Assembly: GCA_050953505.1 (NCBI GenBank)
Contig: JBMNMU010000001.1
Coordinates: 919,434 to 983,433, forward strand
Length of the DNA stretch: 64,000 nt
From: Anaerovoracaceae bacterium
Lineage (GTDB): Bacteria > Bacillota > Clostridia > Peptostreptococcales > Anaerovoracaceae
Reading direction: 5' to 3'
Positions 10,087 to 20,500 of this stretch are shown here, piece after piece. A program made the translations under genes and the position numbers. A model generated the notes under the pieces. That model was not told the origin of the DNA. It was given only the letters and a program-made list of their open reading frames with translations, and did not search any database. The stretch's first letter is position 1; each line of letters starts with the position of its first letter.

Positions 10087-10312
10087 GGCACGCTCCTCAT
10101 AGAACATTGTATAAATACTTGTTAAATATTATATTTATTATATCATAAGTAAAAGTCGCCCGAAAGAAGCGTTCACTTAGGGATTGAAGAAAAACTTAAA
10201 TGAACAGCTTCAAGCGGGGCAAAAAGAGACCAGTCACAATCAGGCATGAATGCTTGAAGTGGCTGGTCTTTTTGTATTTATTGGAAATACAAAATATGGC
10301 CATTTTATGGAA

Positions 10313-11281
10313 TTAAGTATAACACCTTGCGGATATAATCTGGTCAATTGAAAGTATATGGCCATCTTCGCTTATCCATTCATTCCTTTCAGAGGAATAT
10401 GAAAAAACATAAAGTACAGGATTTTCTAGGCACTTTGTAACAACACATAATCTGTAAGAGTCCTTATTGTTGTTCATTTTTGAAAATTCATTTGGAGTTA
10501 ACTCAACAGAAACCTCTTGACCTGCTAGTCCCTTTACTTCAATTTTTAATTTAATTTTCTTATAAACTGCTTCCAAATCCCATCCTAAGTTTTCGCTTTC
10601 TACAGAAGTCACGGTAAAACCCCTTTCTGAGTATTCTCTGGTAACTTCTCTAATAGCGATATTCTCTATTTTCTTTCTTAGTTCTGCATCGGTTTGGCGG
10701 AAGATAGGAAGGCGACGCCTAATACTTTTCTTTTTTTCATATCTTTCTATATGTCTTAGAACTTCTTTCTTAAAATCCACCATTTCAGGGCTATCAGCAT
10801 ACCAAACATTTGATTGACCCATTCCGCCTTTTACTCTTCTTGGTATTATCGGGAATGAGAACCTTTCATCTATACTCAGTAAAGTAGCATTGTCAGCATT
10901 AGCAACAGCATAATATCCGATATATTCATTTCTAAATTTTCTTTCTGCAAGATTAGTGTTCTGGTAATCTTTAAAAAACCTGGCATTCTTATACCACCCA
11001 ACTATATACGTTCCGCCATTCTTGTGGGTTGCAGTGAAAATGACTAAAACATCATCTATGAATTCATCATCTTCACTCGCTCCTAATCTTTGAAGGTTGT
11101 TATACCCACTTGGCTGGGCATAACCATATACCTTACCGCCAATGCTTTTAAAATTGAATATTTCGTGACCATAACCATATTCTTCAACATAGGAACCACC
11201 ACCATGTATTTCTTTATCATTTCCCAATAAACCTTCATATCTTTCCATCCAAGCTGTATTTAAGAAAATCATAGCTTTCAT
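10313..11281 (-). CDS. DUF3883-like PD-(D/E)xK nuclease domain protein with an unrecognised ~200-aa N-terminal domain
   Basis: The C-terminal region GWDLEAVYKKIKLKIEVKG...VELTPNEFSKM...YRLCVV has the D...ExK core and the TxNE motif I associate with DUF3883. There is a strong RBS (AAAGGAGG). The gene starts 130 nt downstream of hsdR on the same strand. Confidence 0.6.
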   Translation of the reverse strand: MKAMIFLNTAWMERYEGLLGNDKEIHGGGSYVEEYGYGHEIFNFKSIGGKVYGYAQPSGYNNLQRLGASEDDEFIDDVLVIFTATHKNGGTYIVGWYKNARFFKDYQNTNLAERKFRNEYIGYYAVANADNATLLSIDERFSFPIIPRRVKGGMGQSNVWYADSPEMVDFKKEVLRHIERYEKKKSIRRRLPIFRQTDAELRKKIENIAIREVTREYSERGFTVTSVESENLGWDLEAVYKKIKLKIEVKGLAGQEVSVELTPNEFSKMNNNKDSYRLCVVTKCLENPVLYVFSYSSERNEWISEDGHILSIDQIISARCYT

Positions 11282-11411
11282 CGATTTACCTCCTTTCAGC
11301 TAAAAATTCACACTAATACTTCTCTAATAATCTAAGCCATCGGACTATTGATTAGCTGATCGACATTCCTCAACATTTCTTATGGCTGTATAAGCAAGGG
11401 AAGAGTGAATT

Positions 11412-14400
11412 CTACACCAATCCTAAATACTTCTCAAAGAATAACATCAGCTTTTCAATAATTCCTTGCTTTTTCGCAGCTCTGCCTCCGCCAAAGCGAG
11501 ATACAGGTGGCATGATTTTATCAATATCTGTACCGGTCGTTTTAAGCATTCCGTCTCGGAAAGCATTGTCGATGAAACGGCGGGTTTCTTCAGGCTTTAA
11601 TCTTTCTTCTTCTATAATTGCTGTAATATCCGCTTCCTTACGCTCATGGAGGAATTTACGCCAATCCTCATCCACTTTGGTCGATACATTGACTTGCTCA
11701 ATAAAACGCTCGATAAGTTCTTTCTTACTTCGAAGTTCAATACTCGAATTGATAGCCTTATCAATGGTCGTAAGAATGGTTTTATCCTTGCAGTTGGATT
11801 GTTGATATTTGGCTACAAGCATAAGGATGTAGTCAATGTTTACCTCTATCTGTTTAACCAGTTCGATCTCGAAAACTATGTCATCATTAATAGTTTCCTT
11901 ATCACCATCAGCACCTTTTCTATATTCCTGATATAGGTCAATATAAATACTCTGATAGTCCTGAAAATCCCTTTCAGATAAAATCTCATTTCCTTCAAAG
12001 TCATCGAAAGAAGTAAGAATATTTCTGAGCCTGAGTATTGCTCCATATAGCCGAATAAAGTCTTTTTCAGCTTCTTCTCCTAGAATAGGTTGTCCAAGGG
12101 GATACTGTGTTGTAAGACTTGCAATTAGTTCAGCATATCCCGGCTTATACTCACCTTTATCATCATAGCCGTTATAGTATTCTTCGTATGTTTTTAACAG
12201 TACAATACCGCCTGCATCTTTATTTCCGAATAGTGCAATAGCCTTATCCGTTTCTTCTTTCAAATCCCTGAAACAAACGATATTCCCATAGGTCTTAACG
12301 CTGTTTAAGATGCGGTTAGTCCTTGAAAACGCCTGAATCAGTCCATGCTGTCTCAGGTTTTTATCTACCCATAGCGTATTCAGGGTTGTTGCATCAAAGC
12401 CAGTAAGGAACATATTAACAACAATCAATATATCAATCTCCCGATTCTTTACACGAAGAGAGAGGTCTTTATAGTAATTCTGGAACTTGTCCGAGGAAGT
12501 ATCGTAATTTGTACTAAATGTGGAATTGTAATCTCGGATAGCCGCCTCAAGAAAATCTCTAGAGCTCTGGTCAAGGTTTTCCATATTAAAATCCTCTTCA
12601 GGAAGCAGTCCATCTGGCTCTTCTTCATTTGCACTAAAACTGAAAATAGTTGCAATGGTAAGGTTACGGTTCTTTTGTGCTATCTGCTTCTTAAACTCAT
12701 TATAGTATCTGATTGCCATTGGGATGGATGCAGCAGCAAATATGGAGTTGAAACCGGCAACTCGCCTTGTTTCACGCTTTTCTATCATCTTTTTAGGATT
12801 GTGCTTATCTGCTTCTTCCCATTTCGCAGAGAATGTGTAATAACTATTGCGCTTCGTCTTCTGATCAAAGTGTTCAAGAACGTATGAAACAATTTCACTG
12901 ATTCGCTGTGGATCTGCTAAGGCTTTTTCTCTATCTATGCTATAGACTTTTTTATCATTAACGTAATCAGGCATTTTAATGGTATTGATAAAATCTATTC
13001 TAAAAGGCAGAACATTCCCATCATTGATGGCATCCACAATGGTATAGGTATGTAGCTTTTCTCCAAAGGCCTGCTCGGTTGTACGAAGCAGTGGGTTACC
13101 TCCTGAACTGGCATTGGCAGCAAAAATCGGGGTTCCCGTAAAGCCGAAGATATGGTAGTTCTTAAAACTCTTCGTGATAGCTTGATGCATTTCACCAAAT
13201 TGGGAACGGTGGCACTCATCAAAAATCAGCACCACGTGTTTCTTATAAATATCATGCTGTTTATTTTTACGGATGAATATATCCAACTTCTGAATAGTGG
13301 TTACAATGATTTTGTATTCATGAGGATTTCCTTTTTCGTCCCTGTCTTCCAATTGTCTTTGAAGAACTCTTGTGGACGTATTACCATTAGCAGCTCCCTT
13401 TTCAAAACGGTCATATTCCTTCATAGTCTGATAGTCTAGGTCTTTACGGTCAACGACAAACAGTACCTTGTCTATGTAAGGCAAGGCAGAAGCTAATTGG
13501 GCTGTCTTAAAACTGGTCAATGTCTTACCAGAGCCTGTTGTATGCCAAATATATCCTCCAGCTGCAGTTGTGCCCATCTTCTTGTAGTTGGTTGATACTA
13601 CAATACGTGATAATATTCGTTCTGCAGCAGCTATTTGATAAGGACGCATTACAAGGAGCAGATCTTCAGATGTAAAAATACAATATTTTGTTAGTATATT
13701 TAAGAGGGTATGTTTGGCAAAAAAAGTTTTAGTAAAATCCACAAGGTCAGGAATAATTTTGTTATTTGCATCTGCCCAGTAGCTTGTAAACTCAAAACTG
13801 TTACTAGTTTTTTTACTTCTTCGACGCTCACTGTTTCTTTGTTCTTCGATATGAGCGTTTCTTGTGGTGTTACTGTAATACTTTGTGTGGGTGCCATTGG
13901 AGATTACAAATACCTGCACATACTCAAATAAACCAGAAGAGGCCCAAAAGCTGTCACGCTGGTATCTTTTTATCTGGTTGAAGGCTTCACGGATAGCAAC
14001 ACCACGACGCTTTAACTCTACATGAACTAGTGGAAGTCCATTTACAAGGATTGTTACATCATATCGGGTTTCATGCTTGCCGCCTGTTTCTTCATATTGA
14101 TTAATTACCTGCAAGCGATTGTTATGGATATTCTTTTTATCCAAAAGGTATATGTTCTTTGTTGTTCCATCTTCACGTTTTAGAATCTGGATATGGTCAT
14201 CCTGAATTTTTCTGGTTTTTTCAACAATACCCTCATTTGTATTGGCAATACATTCTGTGAAAAATCTATCCCATTCGCTATCAGTAAATGTAAAATCATT
14301 AAGCACTTCAAGTTGTTTTCGGAGATTTTCTATCAATGCAGCTTCATTGTGCACTGAAATATATTCATATCCTTGGGAAGTCAGTTGCTTAATAAACTCC

Positions 14401-14513
14401 CGCTCAAGTTCTGCCTCGCTCTGATACTTTTCAGGTCGGACATTATATTCAGCTGCATATTCAGCAACAACTGTTGCTTCATCAGTACTGGCAACGATGT
14501 TGTAAATGCTCAT
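11412..14513 (-). CDS. hsdR: Type I restriction enzyme R subunit (Type IC-like, 1033 aa)
   Basis: N-terminal nuclease region (DVTILVNGLPLVHVELKRRG). SF2 helicase motifs TGSGKT and DECHRSQ. TGTP, QAFSRTNR. The start overlaps the hsdS stop (ATGA). Confidence 0.93.
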   Translation of the reverse strand: MSIYNIVASTDEATVVAEYAAEYNVRPEKYQSEAELEREFIKQLTSQGYEYISVHNEAALIENLRKQLEVLNDFTFTDSEWDRFFTECIANTNEGIVEKTRKIQDDHIQILKREDGTTKNIYLLDKKNIHNNRLQVINQYEETGGKHETRYDVTILVNGLPLVHVELKRRGVAIREAFNQIKRYQRDSFWASSGLFEYVQVFVISNGTHTKYYSNTTRNAHIEEQRNSERRRSKKTSNSFEFTSYWADANNKIIPDLVDFTKTFFAKHTLLNILTKYCIFTSEDLLLVMRPYQIAAAERILSRIVVSTNYKKMGTTAAGGYIWHTTGSGKTLTSFKTAQLASALPYIDKVLFVVDRKDLDYQTMKEYDRFEKGAANGNTSTRVLQRQLEDRDEKGNPHEYKIIVTTIQKLDIFIRKNKQHDIYKKHVVLIFDECHRSQFGEMHQAITKSFKNYHIFGFTGTPIFAANASSGGNPLLRTTEQAFGEKLHTYTIVDAINDGNVLPFRIDFINTIKMPDYVNDKKVYSIDREKALADPQRISEIVSYVLEHFDQKTKRNSYYTFSAKWEEADKHNPKKMIEKRETRRVAGFNSIFAAASIPMAIRYYNEFKKQIAQKNRNLTIATIFSFSANEEEPDGLLPEEDFNMENLDQSSRDFLEAAIRDYNSTFSTNYDTSSDKFQNYYKDLSLRVKNREIDILIVVNMFLTGFDATTLNTLWVDKNLRQHGLIQAFSRTNRILNSVKTYGNIVCFRDLKEETDKAIALFGNKDAGGIVLLKTYEEYYNGYDDKGEYKPGYAELIASLTTQYPLGQPILGEEAEKDFIRLYGAILRLRNILTSFDDFEGNEILSERDFQDYQSIYIDLYQEYRKGADGDKETINDDIVFEIELVKQIEVNIDYILMLVAKYQQSNCKDKTILTTIDKAINSSIELRSKKELIERFIEQVNVSTKVDEDWRKFLHERKEADITAIIEEERLKPEETRRFIDNAFRDGMLKTTGTDIDKIMPPVSRFGGGRAAKKQGIIEKLMLFFEKYLGLV

Positions 14514-15685
14514 GCCGTCACCTCCTTGAAAGATAACAGTTTATCTCTGTAATATTCATATTGCTTTTGCCGTGCTTCGATTTCGGCCGGAATGCCGCTG
14601 GTTAAGTCGTTGCAGAGAGCGTCAAAGCGATCGAGGATAGCGACGATGCGCTCTTTTTCTTCAAAGGACGGAGCAGGAACTGGTATCTTGTTAAGATTCT
14701 CTTGTGTCAATTTTGGTTGTGCCGCAGTTGATAAAAAACGACTTAAGTCAATCATGTTCAGGTAGTATTCAATAAACTTTCTATCTTCATATGTTTCGAA
14801 TTCCAATACATGAGCATGGTTGTTTACCCATATCTTTCCAGACGCAGAAAAAGCAATAGGGGTTACTCTTGCCACAAGATTTGCACCATCTTCTGAAACT
14901 AACAAGTAGTCACCGTCGAAAATATAGTCGTCTACATAGTCAACAATTCCAGAGGCTCCATAGTACGGATATTCACCCGCTTTACGTTTCCCTTTAGCGA
15001 CAGGTTTACGCTTAGAATCAAGGTTGATTGCAACCTCTCCCAATGTCGTCCACTCTACCTCATCACCAAACGTAAGCAGAAAATCCCTATAATACTCATA
15101 CTGTTTTCTTCTTGCTGTAAGCTCTGCTGTAAGCTCTGCTGTAAGCTCTGTGAAATTGTCCAGAATACGGACAATTTCCTGTTGCACAGGCAGCGGAGGA
15201 ACGGGGATTCTAAATTTCTCTAAAGTAGTTTTTCTTATAGACGGCATAGCACCTGAATAGTCTGCAAAACGCATAAGATTAACTGCTTCCATTTGATAAA
15301 ACAAATAACGTGATATGACAGCATCAGATGGTATTAATCCAATTATATTGTTATCATAACAGGCTTCCTGTGCTAAAATTCTCTTTTTATTTGTCCCTAT
15401 TGCTGCACCAATCTTTGGAAAGATCACTGTTCCTTTAGGAGCCGGTTTGCACCTCAGTCGAGTAGCTGTCTCTAAATCCACATAATTGTTTGCAACAGTC
15501 ATAACAAATTCATTACCAAAAGAGTTCATATCTCCAACTTTATAAAAAGGATAATCCCCACTAGTTTTACCCTGTTCTATATTTGGAAACCCCCAACCAC
15601 TACGAATTTCACATATTGTTCCTAGTGTTTTATATTCCACTCCATCTGGACAAAGTTCAGCAATCAATTCATCTAACTTACTCAT
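14510..15685 (-). CDS. hsdS: Type I restriction-modification specificity subunit (two TRDs, Type IC central repeat)
   Basis: Two variable target-recognition halves, each followed by the conserved helix ([14 protein letters not shown]... and RKQYEYYRD twice). The central sequence is [13 protein letters not shown]. Overlaps both hsdM and hsdR. Confidence 0.9.
   Translation of the reverse strand: MSKLDELIAELCPDGVEYKTLGTICEIRSGWGFPNIEQGKTSGDYPFYKVGDMNSFGNEFVMTVANNYVDLETATRLRCKPAPKGTVIFPKIGAAIGTNKKRILAQEACYDNNIIGLIPSDAVISRYLFYQMEAVNLMRFADYSGAMPSIRKTTLEKFRIPVPPLPVQQEIVRILDNFTELTAELTAELTARRKQYEYYRDFLLTFGDEVEWTTLGEVAINLDSKRKPVAKGKRKAGEYPYYGASGIVDYVDDYIFDGDYLLVSEDGANLVARVTPIAFSASGKIWVNNHAHVLEFETYEDRKFIEYYLNMIDLSRFLSTAAQPKLTQENLNKIPVPAPSFEEKERIVAILDRFDALCNDLTSGIPAEIEARQKQYEYYRDKLLSFKEVTA
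15113..15148 (-). repeat. Three perfect tandem copies of a 12-bp unit inside hsdS (encodes ELTA x3)
   Basis: The plus strand reads TGCTGTAAGCTC three times at 15113-15124, 15125-15136 and 15137-15148. Confidence 0.95.
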
Positions 15686-17250
15686 TTGCCCACCTCAATT
15701 TCCGCAATAATCTTATCTATTTCTTCCCTCAAAACCTGCTCTCTCGCCACAATCTTTTCTATCTCAGCATTGAGGGCAACAATATCAATTTTTTCTCTCG
15801 TATCCTCTTGTTCAACATAGGTAGAAACAGACAGGTTGTAATCCTCTTCAGCAATTTCGCTGTTTGGCACAAGCCTAGCAAAATGCTCAATATCTTTTCT
15901 ATCTTTGAATGCGTTAAGAATGGTCTCAATATTTTCCTGTGTCAGCTTGTTGTTATTCGTAACCTTGACAAATTCCTTTGATGCATCGATAAACAAGGTG
16001 CTATTTTCTGATTTGGATTTTTTCAGCACCATAATGCAGGTAGCAATGCTAGTACCATAAAATAAGTTATCTGGTAACTGAATGATACAGTCGATATAGT
16101 TATTGTCAATCAGGTACTGCCTGATTTTCTTTTCAGCACCACCGCGATACATTACACCGGGGAAACAAACGATAGCCGCAGTTCCGTTTGTTGCAAGCCA
16201 AGAAAGGCTATGCATAATAAAAGCAAGATCTGCCTTGGATTTAGGAGCCAATACTCCCGCTGGAGAAAAACGGGGATCGTTAATCAAAATAGGATCATTA
16301 TCGCCCTTCCATTTAATGGAGTAAGGTGGATTTGATACAATGGCTTCAAAAGGCTCATCATCCCAATGTTGCGGATCTGTTAGCGTGTCCCCAAGGGCAA
16401 TATCAAATTTGTCATAATCAATATCGTGCAGGAACATATTAATTCTACACAGGTTGTAGGTTGTAATATTGATTTCTTGACCGAAAAAACCTTGACGTAC
16501 ATTTTCTTTTCCTAAGATTTTTGCAAACTTTAGCAGTAGAGAACCAGAACCACAAGCGGGGTCATATACCTTGTTGACTTCAGTTTTTCCTACTAAAGTT
16601 AGATGGGTAAGGAGTTCAGAAACCTCCTGCGGCGTATAGTATTCACCACCACTTTTTCCGGCATTGGATGCATACATACCCATTAAAAATTCATAGGCAT
16701 CACCGAATGCATCTATGGTATTGTCTTTGTAATCCCCCAGCTTCATTTCTCCAACAGAATTCATTAGCTTAACCAGCTTTTCATTACGCTTTACTACAGT
16801 GTTACCTAGCTTATTGCTGTTAACATCAATATCGTCAAACAGACCTTTGAAATTATCTTCACTCTCTGTTCCTTGGGCAGATGCTTCTATATTACTGAAA
16901 ATCTGTTCCAGTGTTTCATTTAAGTTTTCATCGTCCTTTGCACGAGTCCGGACATTTTCAAAAAGCTCGCTGGGTAAAATAAAGAAGCCTTTTGTCTTAA
17001 CTAAATCCTCTCGTGCCTGTTCTGCTTCTTCGTCGGATAGCTTAGCATAATCAAATTCCGTATTGCCAGCTTCCCATTCTCCGGCGTTAATATAGGCAGT
17101 AATATTTTCAGATATGTAGCGGTAAAACAGCATACCTAGAACATATTGCTTAAAATCCCAGCCATCTACACTGCCTCTTAAATCATTTGCCATATTCCAT
17201 ATCGTGCGGTGTAATTCCGCCCGTTCCTGTTCTTTTCTGTTATTTTCCAT
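15682..17250 (-). CDS. hsdM: Type I restriction-modification N6-adenine DNA methyltransferase subunit
   Basis: HsdM N-terminal domain, SAM motif [10 protein letters not shown], catalytic NPPY (SNPPYS). The ATG at 17250 lies just after the XRE stop with AGGGAG upstream. Confidence 0.93.
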   Translation of the reverse strand: MENNRKEQERAELHRTIWNMANDLRGSVDGWDFKQYVLGMLFYRYISENITAYINAGEWEAGNTEFDYAKLSDEEAEQAREDLVKTKGFFILPSELFENVRTRAKDDENLNETLEQIFSNIEASAQGTESEDNFKGLFDDIDVNSNKLGNTVVKRNEKLVKLMNSVGEMKLGDYKDNTIDAFGDAYEFLMGMYASNAGKSGGEYYTPQEVSELLTHLTLVGKTEVNKVYDPACGSGSLLLKFAKILGKENVRQGFFGQEINITTYNLCRINMFLHDIDYDKFDIALGDTLTDPQHWDDEPFEAIVSNPPYSIKWKGDNDPILINDPRFSPAGVLAPKSKADLAFIMHSLSWLATNGTAAIVCFPGVMYRGGAEKKIRQYLIDNNYIDCIIQLPDNLFYGTSIATCIMVLKKSKSENSTLFIDASKEFVKVTNNNKLTQENIETILNAFKDRKDIEHFARLVPNSEIAEEDYNLSVSTYVEQEDTREKIDIVALNAEIEKIVAREQVLREEIDKIIAEIEVGK

Positions 17251-17254
17251 AACT

Positions 17255-17476
17255 CTACTCCCTTTCTTCAACCATATTAGGCACTAATTCCATGATATCT
17301 TTAAAATCAACGCCAAGTGCCGTACAAACCTTTACAAGAACGTCCATACTGACATATTCGTTTTTAGAAAGCTTTGAAATTGAAGATGGACTTATTCCCG
17401 CAGCAGCTTGTAAATCTTTCTTCTTCATATCGCGGTCAATCAACAATTTCCAAAGCTTTTTATAGCTAACGGTCAT
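17255..17476 (-). CDS. XRE-family helix-turn-helix protein (possible controller of the R-M operon)
   Basis: [55 protein letters not shown] is a Cro/C1-type HTH. RBS AAGAGGTG precedes the ATG at 17476. The stop lies 4 nt before the hsdM start. Confidence 0.8.
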   Translation of the reverse strand: MTVSYKKLWKLLIDRDMKKKDLQAAAGISPSSISKLSKNEYVSMDVLVKVCTALGVDFKDIMELVPNMVEERE

Positions 17477-17745
17477 CTTGGTCACCTCTTTATATATGTT
17501 TTTTCCATTATAGCACATTTTCTTCAAAAACAACATGATAATTCTGTGTTTGTGAAGTAATTTTACAATGTTAACAAAGATAATGATAGTTGTGTATGCC
17601 TTTATTTTTGATTTTTATTTAAATAAATACTTTTAGACAAAAAAGTCTGTAAGTCTATATGTAAAACCAAAGGCAAAGTTATAACATTCAGCCTTCTTAA
17701 ACTAAATATCACTTCCGCTCAAATTTGAGCAAAAGCATAAGCATT

Positions 17746-17785
17746 ACAGCCGTCTTTTCTGGAAAACAGACAGGCTGTTTTTTTT
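17746..17785 (+). terminator. Orphan plus-strand intrinsic terminator in the XRE/primase intergenic region
   Basis: ACAGCCGTCT...AGACAGGCTGT imperfect stem followed by T8. I found no convincing plus-strand ORF upstream. Confidence 0.45.
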
Positions 17786-18124
17786 ATTTTAGTGGTTCGA
17801 TTCAATAGAATTCTTCGCTTATGAATGAGGATGGAAAATATTTTTCTAAAATCCTCAACTAATGTGTTCTACCAAGGTTATAAGGTGAGAAGAAAAATAA
17901 TCCCCCAATAAAAGCATAGTTTTTCTCTCACTGCTCCTTGACAACTGAATATCCCGAAATGCAAGAGATACTTCAAGCAGAATATGCCATGACGATAATT
18001 CCGAGCGTATTCCTTGAAAGATAACGAGGTTGTGTCAAACAAGGCAAACCCTCTGGAACAGTAGTGTTTCGGCTCATTTTTAACAGGCAAGGAGGTGAAA
18101 TAACTGAATACACAATATGAGAAC

Positions 18125-20428
18125 TTGCCACAGGTGCTTAAAGATAAGCCACAGTTTTGCTGTTGGAAATATGAAGAGCGAAGTGGTAGAAAAATCAAAG
18201 TTCCCTATAACCCGATAACAGGAAAAAGGGCAAAACCAAATCAACGTGGTACATTTAAAGATTTTAGTTCGGCGGTAGCTGCTATAAGTGATTATGACGG
18301 TATCGGATTTTTGGTGGGTAATGACATATGTGTTATCGACTTAGATGATTGCTTTGATAGCAGCGGTAAGCTTAAGCCTGTTGCCCAAAGTGTTGTAGAC
18401 GCTTTTAGTGGTTGCTATATGGAACACAGTCCATCTGGGAAAGGGTTGCATATTTTCTTTAAGGCCACAGGCTTTAACTTTGACAAAACAAAATATTATA
18501 TCAACAACAGAAAGCTGGGAGTTGAGGTTTATGTGGCTGGAGCAACAAATCGTTTTGTTACCGTAACAGGCAATGTATTTGTAGATGGTGATATACCGGA
18601 GAAATCGAATGAACTACAGATGATACTGGACAAGTATATGTTGCGTCCTACCCCTGTGAAGCAACTACTGGATACAGAAAGCCGATCCTATCTGTCTGAC
18701 AAGTCTGTTATTGAGAAGGCTCTAAAATCGGCAAACAGAGAAAGGTTCAAAGCATTATGGCAGGGTGATACATCAGGCTATGCTTCTGCCAGTGAAGCTG
18801 ATTTGGCACTTTGTGGTATGCTGGCATTTTGGTGTGGCAGGGATATTGGACAGATGGACAGACTTTTTCGGAAAAGTGGACTAATGCGGGATAAATGGAA
18901 TAGACCACAGTCCAGCAGTACTTATGGAATAATAACCATAGAAAAAGCAATTGCAAATGCTACTGAAATATATAAACCAGGTGGTATACGTTCATCAGCT
19001 ACAGAGGATTTTGGTGAATGTTCTCTTACTGGCTTTAAGCCTGAGAGTAACGATCGCTACCCTTGGACGGATATTGGGGCAAGCAGGCTGTTTGCTGATT
19101 ATTATAAATCTTTTGCCCGCTTTGTTCCCGAAAGGAAGATGTGGTTTTGCTATGAAAATGGTATTTGGATTCCTGATGTCGGTAATCTCAAAGTGATGGA
19201 AATGTGTAAATCATTGGCTAATCAACTGCTAACCTATGCTTTGACTATTCAGGATGAACATCAAAGAAAGGCATACATTGACTATTGCCGAAAGTGGCAG
19301 TCAAGAAGATACCGAGAAACGGTACTTAAGGATGCACAGAGCGTATATCCCATATCAATGGCTGAATTTGACCAAGACCCGCAGATGCTCAACTGTTCCA
19401 ATGGAACATTGTTTTTAACATCCATGGATTTTCATCCCCACAACAGCGAGGACAGACTTACAAAGATATCTGGCGTTAAATATGACCCGGAAGCAAAAAG
19501 TGAGCGATGGGATAGATTTATTCATGAGATTATGAGCGGAGATGAGGAAAAGGCAAAATTCCTCCAAAAAGCCTTTGGGTACAGTATCAGCGGAGACACT
19601 CGTTATGAATGCCTGTTTGTTCTCTATGGTGCTACAACTCGAAATGGTAAAGGTACGCTATGTGAGAGCATTCTTAAGGTATTAGGCAGTTATGGCTGTA
19701 CCGCAAGGCCGGAGACTATCAGTCTGAAAAAGAACAATAACAGTTCAAGTCCAAGTGAAGATATTGCCCGGCTTGCAGGAGTACGCTTTGTGAATATCTC
19801 CGAACCTAGCAGAGGACTTGTCCTAAATGCTGCACAGGTAAAAAGCATGACGGGTGGTGACACCATCAACGCAAGGTTTCTACACGAAAACTCTTTTGAT
19901 TTTTCACCTAAGTTTAAGCTTTATATCAACACCAATTATCTGCCAGTCATTACGGATATGACGTTGTTTTCCAGTGGTAGAGTGGTAATTATCCCTTTTG
20001 AACGACACTTCGATGAAAACGAGCAGGATAAAAGCTTAAAACGTGAATTCGCCAAACCGAAGAATCAGAGTGCTATCCTCAACTGGCTAATTGAAGGCTA
20101 TCAGCTGTTAAAGAAGGAGGGATTGACTTTACCTGATTCCGTTAAGACAGCAACGGAGGCTTATAAGCGTGACAGCGACAAAATAGCATTATTTTTCGAG
20201 GATGCCTTGGAGGAAAGCCCTAACAGTGAGGTGCGGACATCCGAAGTGTATGCCCGGTATCAGCGTTGGTGCAGTGCCAATGGATGTTATTCGGAGAATG
20301 CAAGAAACTTCAAACAAGCCTTAACAGCTATTGCCCGTGTAGAACGGAAACGACCACGTTCTGGTGGTGGAATGACCACAATGCTTATCGGATATAAGCT
20401 GACAGAAGAAGAGTTTTTTCTTATTTAA
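18125..20428 (+). CDS. Phage/plasmid primase, P4 family (N-terminal primase-polymerase-like region plus D5/SF3 helicase-type NTPase)
   Basis: The central/C-terminal region has Walker A YGATTRNGKGT and a layout typical of P4-alpha/D5-like primases. The TTG start at 18125 has no well-spaced RBS. A CTG at 18104 lies 8 nt after GGAGG (18091-18095), so the start is uncertain. Confidence 0.85.
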   Translation: MPQVLKDKPQFCCWKYEERSGRKIKVPYNPITGKRAKPNQRGTFKDFSSAVAAISDYDGIGFLVGNDICVIDLDDCFDSSGKLKPVAQSVVDAFSGCYMEHSPSGKGLHIFFKATGFNFDKTKYYINNRKLGVEVYVAGATNRFVTVTGNVFVDGDIPEKSNELQMILDKYMLRPTPVKQLLDTESRSYLSDKSVIEKALKSANRERFKALWQGDTSGYASASEADLALCGMLAFWCGRDIGQMDRLFRKSGLMRDKWNRPQSSSTYGIITIEKAIANATEIYKPGGIRSSATEDFGECSLTGFKPESNDRYPWTDIGASRLFADYYKSFARFVPERKMWFCYENGIWIPDVGNLKVMEMCKSLANQLLTYALTIQDEHQRKAYIDYCRKWQSRRYRETVLKDAQSVYPISMAEFDQDPQMLNCSNGTLFLTSMDFHPHNSEDRLTKISGVKYDPEAKSERWDRFIHEIMSGDEEKAKFLQKAFGYSISGDTRYECLFVLYGATTRNGKGTLCESILKVLGSYGCTARPETISLKKNNNSSSPSEDIARLAGVRFVNISEPSRGLVLNAAQVKSMTGGDTINARFLHENSFDFSPKFKLYINTNYLPVITDMTLFSSGRVVIIPFERHFDENEQDKSLKREFAKPKNQSAILNWLIEGYQLLKKEGLTLPDSVKTATEAYKRDSDKIALFFEDALEESPNSEVRTSEVYARYQRWCSANGCYSENARNFKQALTAIARVERKRPRSGGGMTTMLIGYKLTEEEFFLI

Positions 20429-20475
20429 ACACAGTGTAGCAGCTTGTAGCAAGAAAAACAGGTTATATAAAAAAT

Positions 20476-20500
20476 CACTCTCGTATAGAGAGTTTAGTTT
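20476..20500 (+). terminator. Weak terminator-like hairpin after the primase gene
   Basis: ACTCTC-GTATA-GAGAGT followed by TTAGTTTTT. Confidence 0.4.

Noticed and set aside
11512-14424. Multiple 60-97-aa ORFs in both orientations within hsdR, and similar ones within hsdM, hsdS, recN, primase and recombinase genes
   Set aside because: They are embedded in, or antisense to, long genes with strong family motifs. They have no independent translation signals.
17878-18198. 106-aa minus-strand ORF overlapping the primase start
   Set aside because: Cys/Phe-rich low-complexity peptide with no RBS. It overlaps the primase 5' end and its upstream control region.
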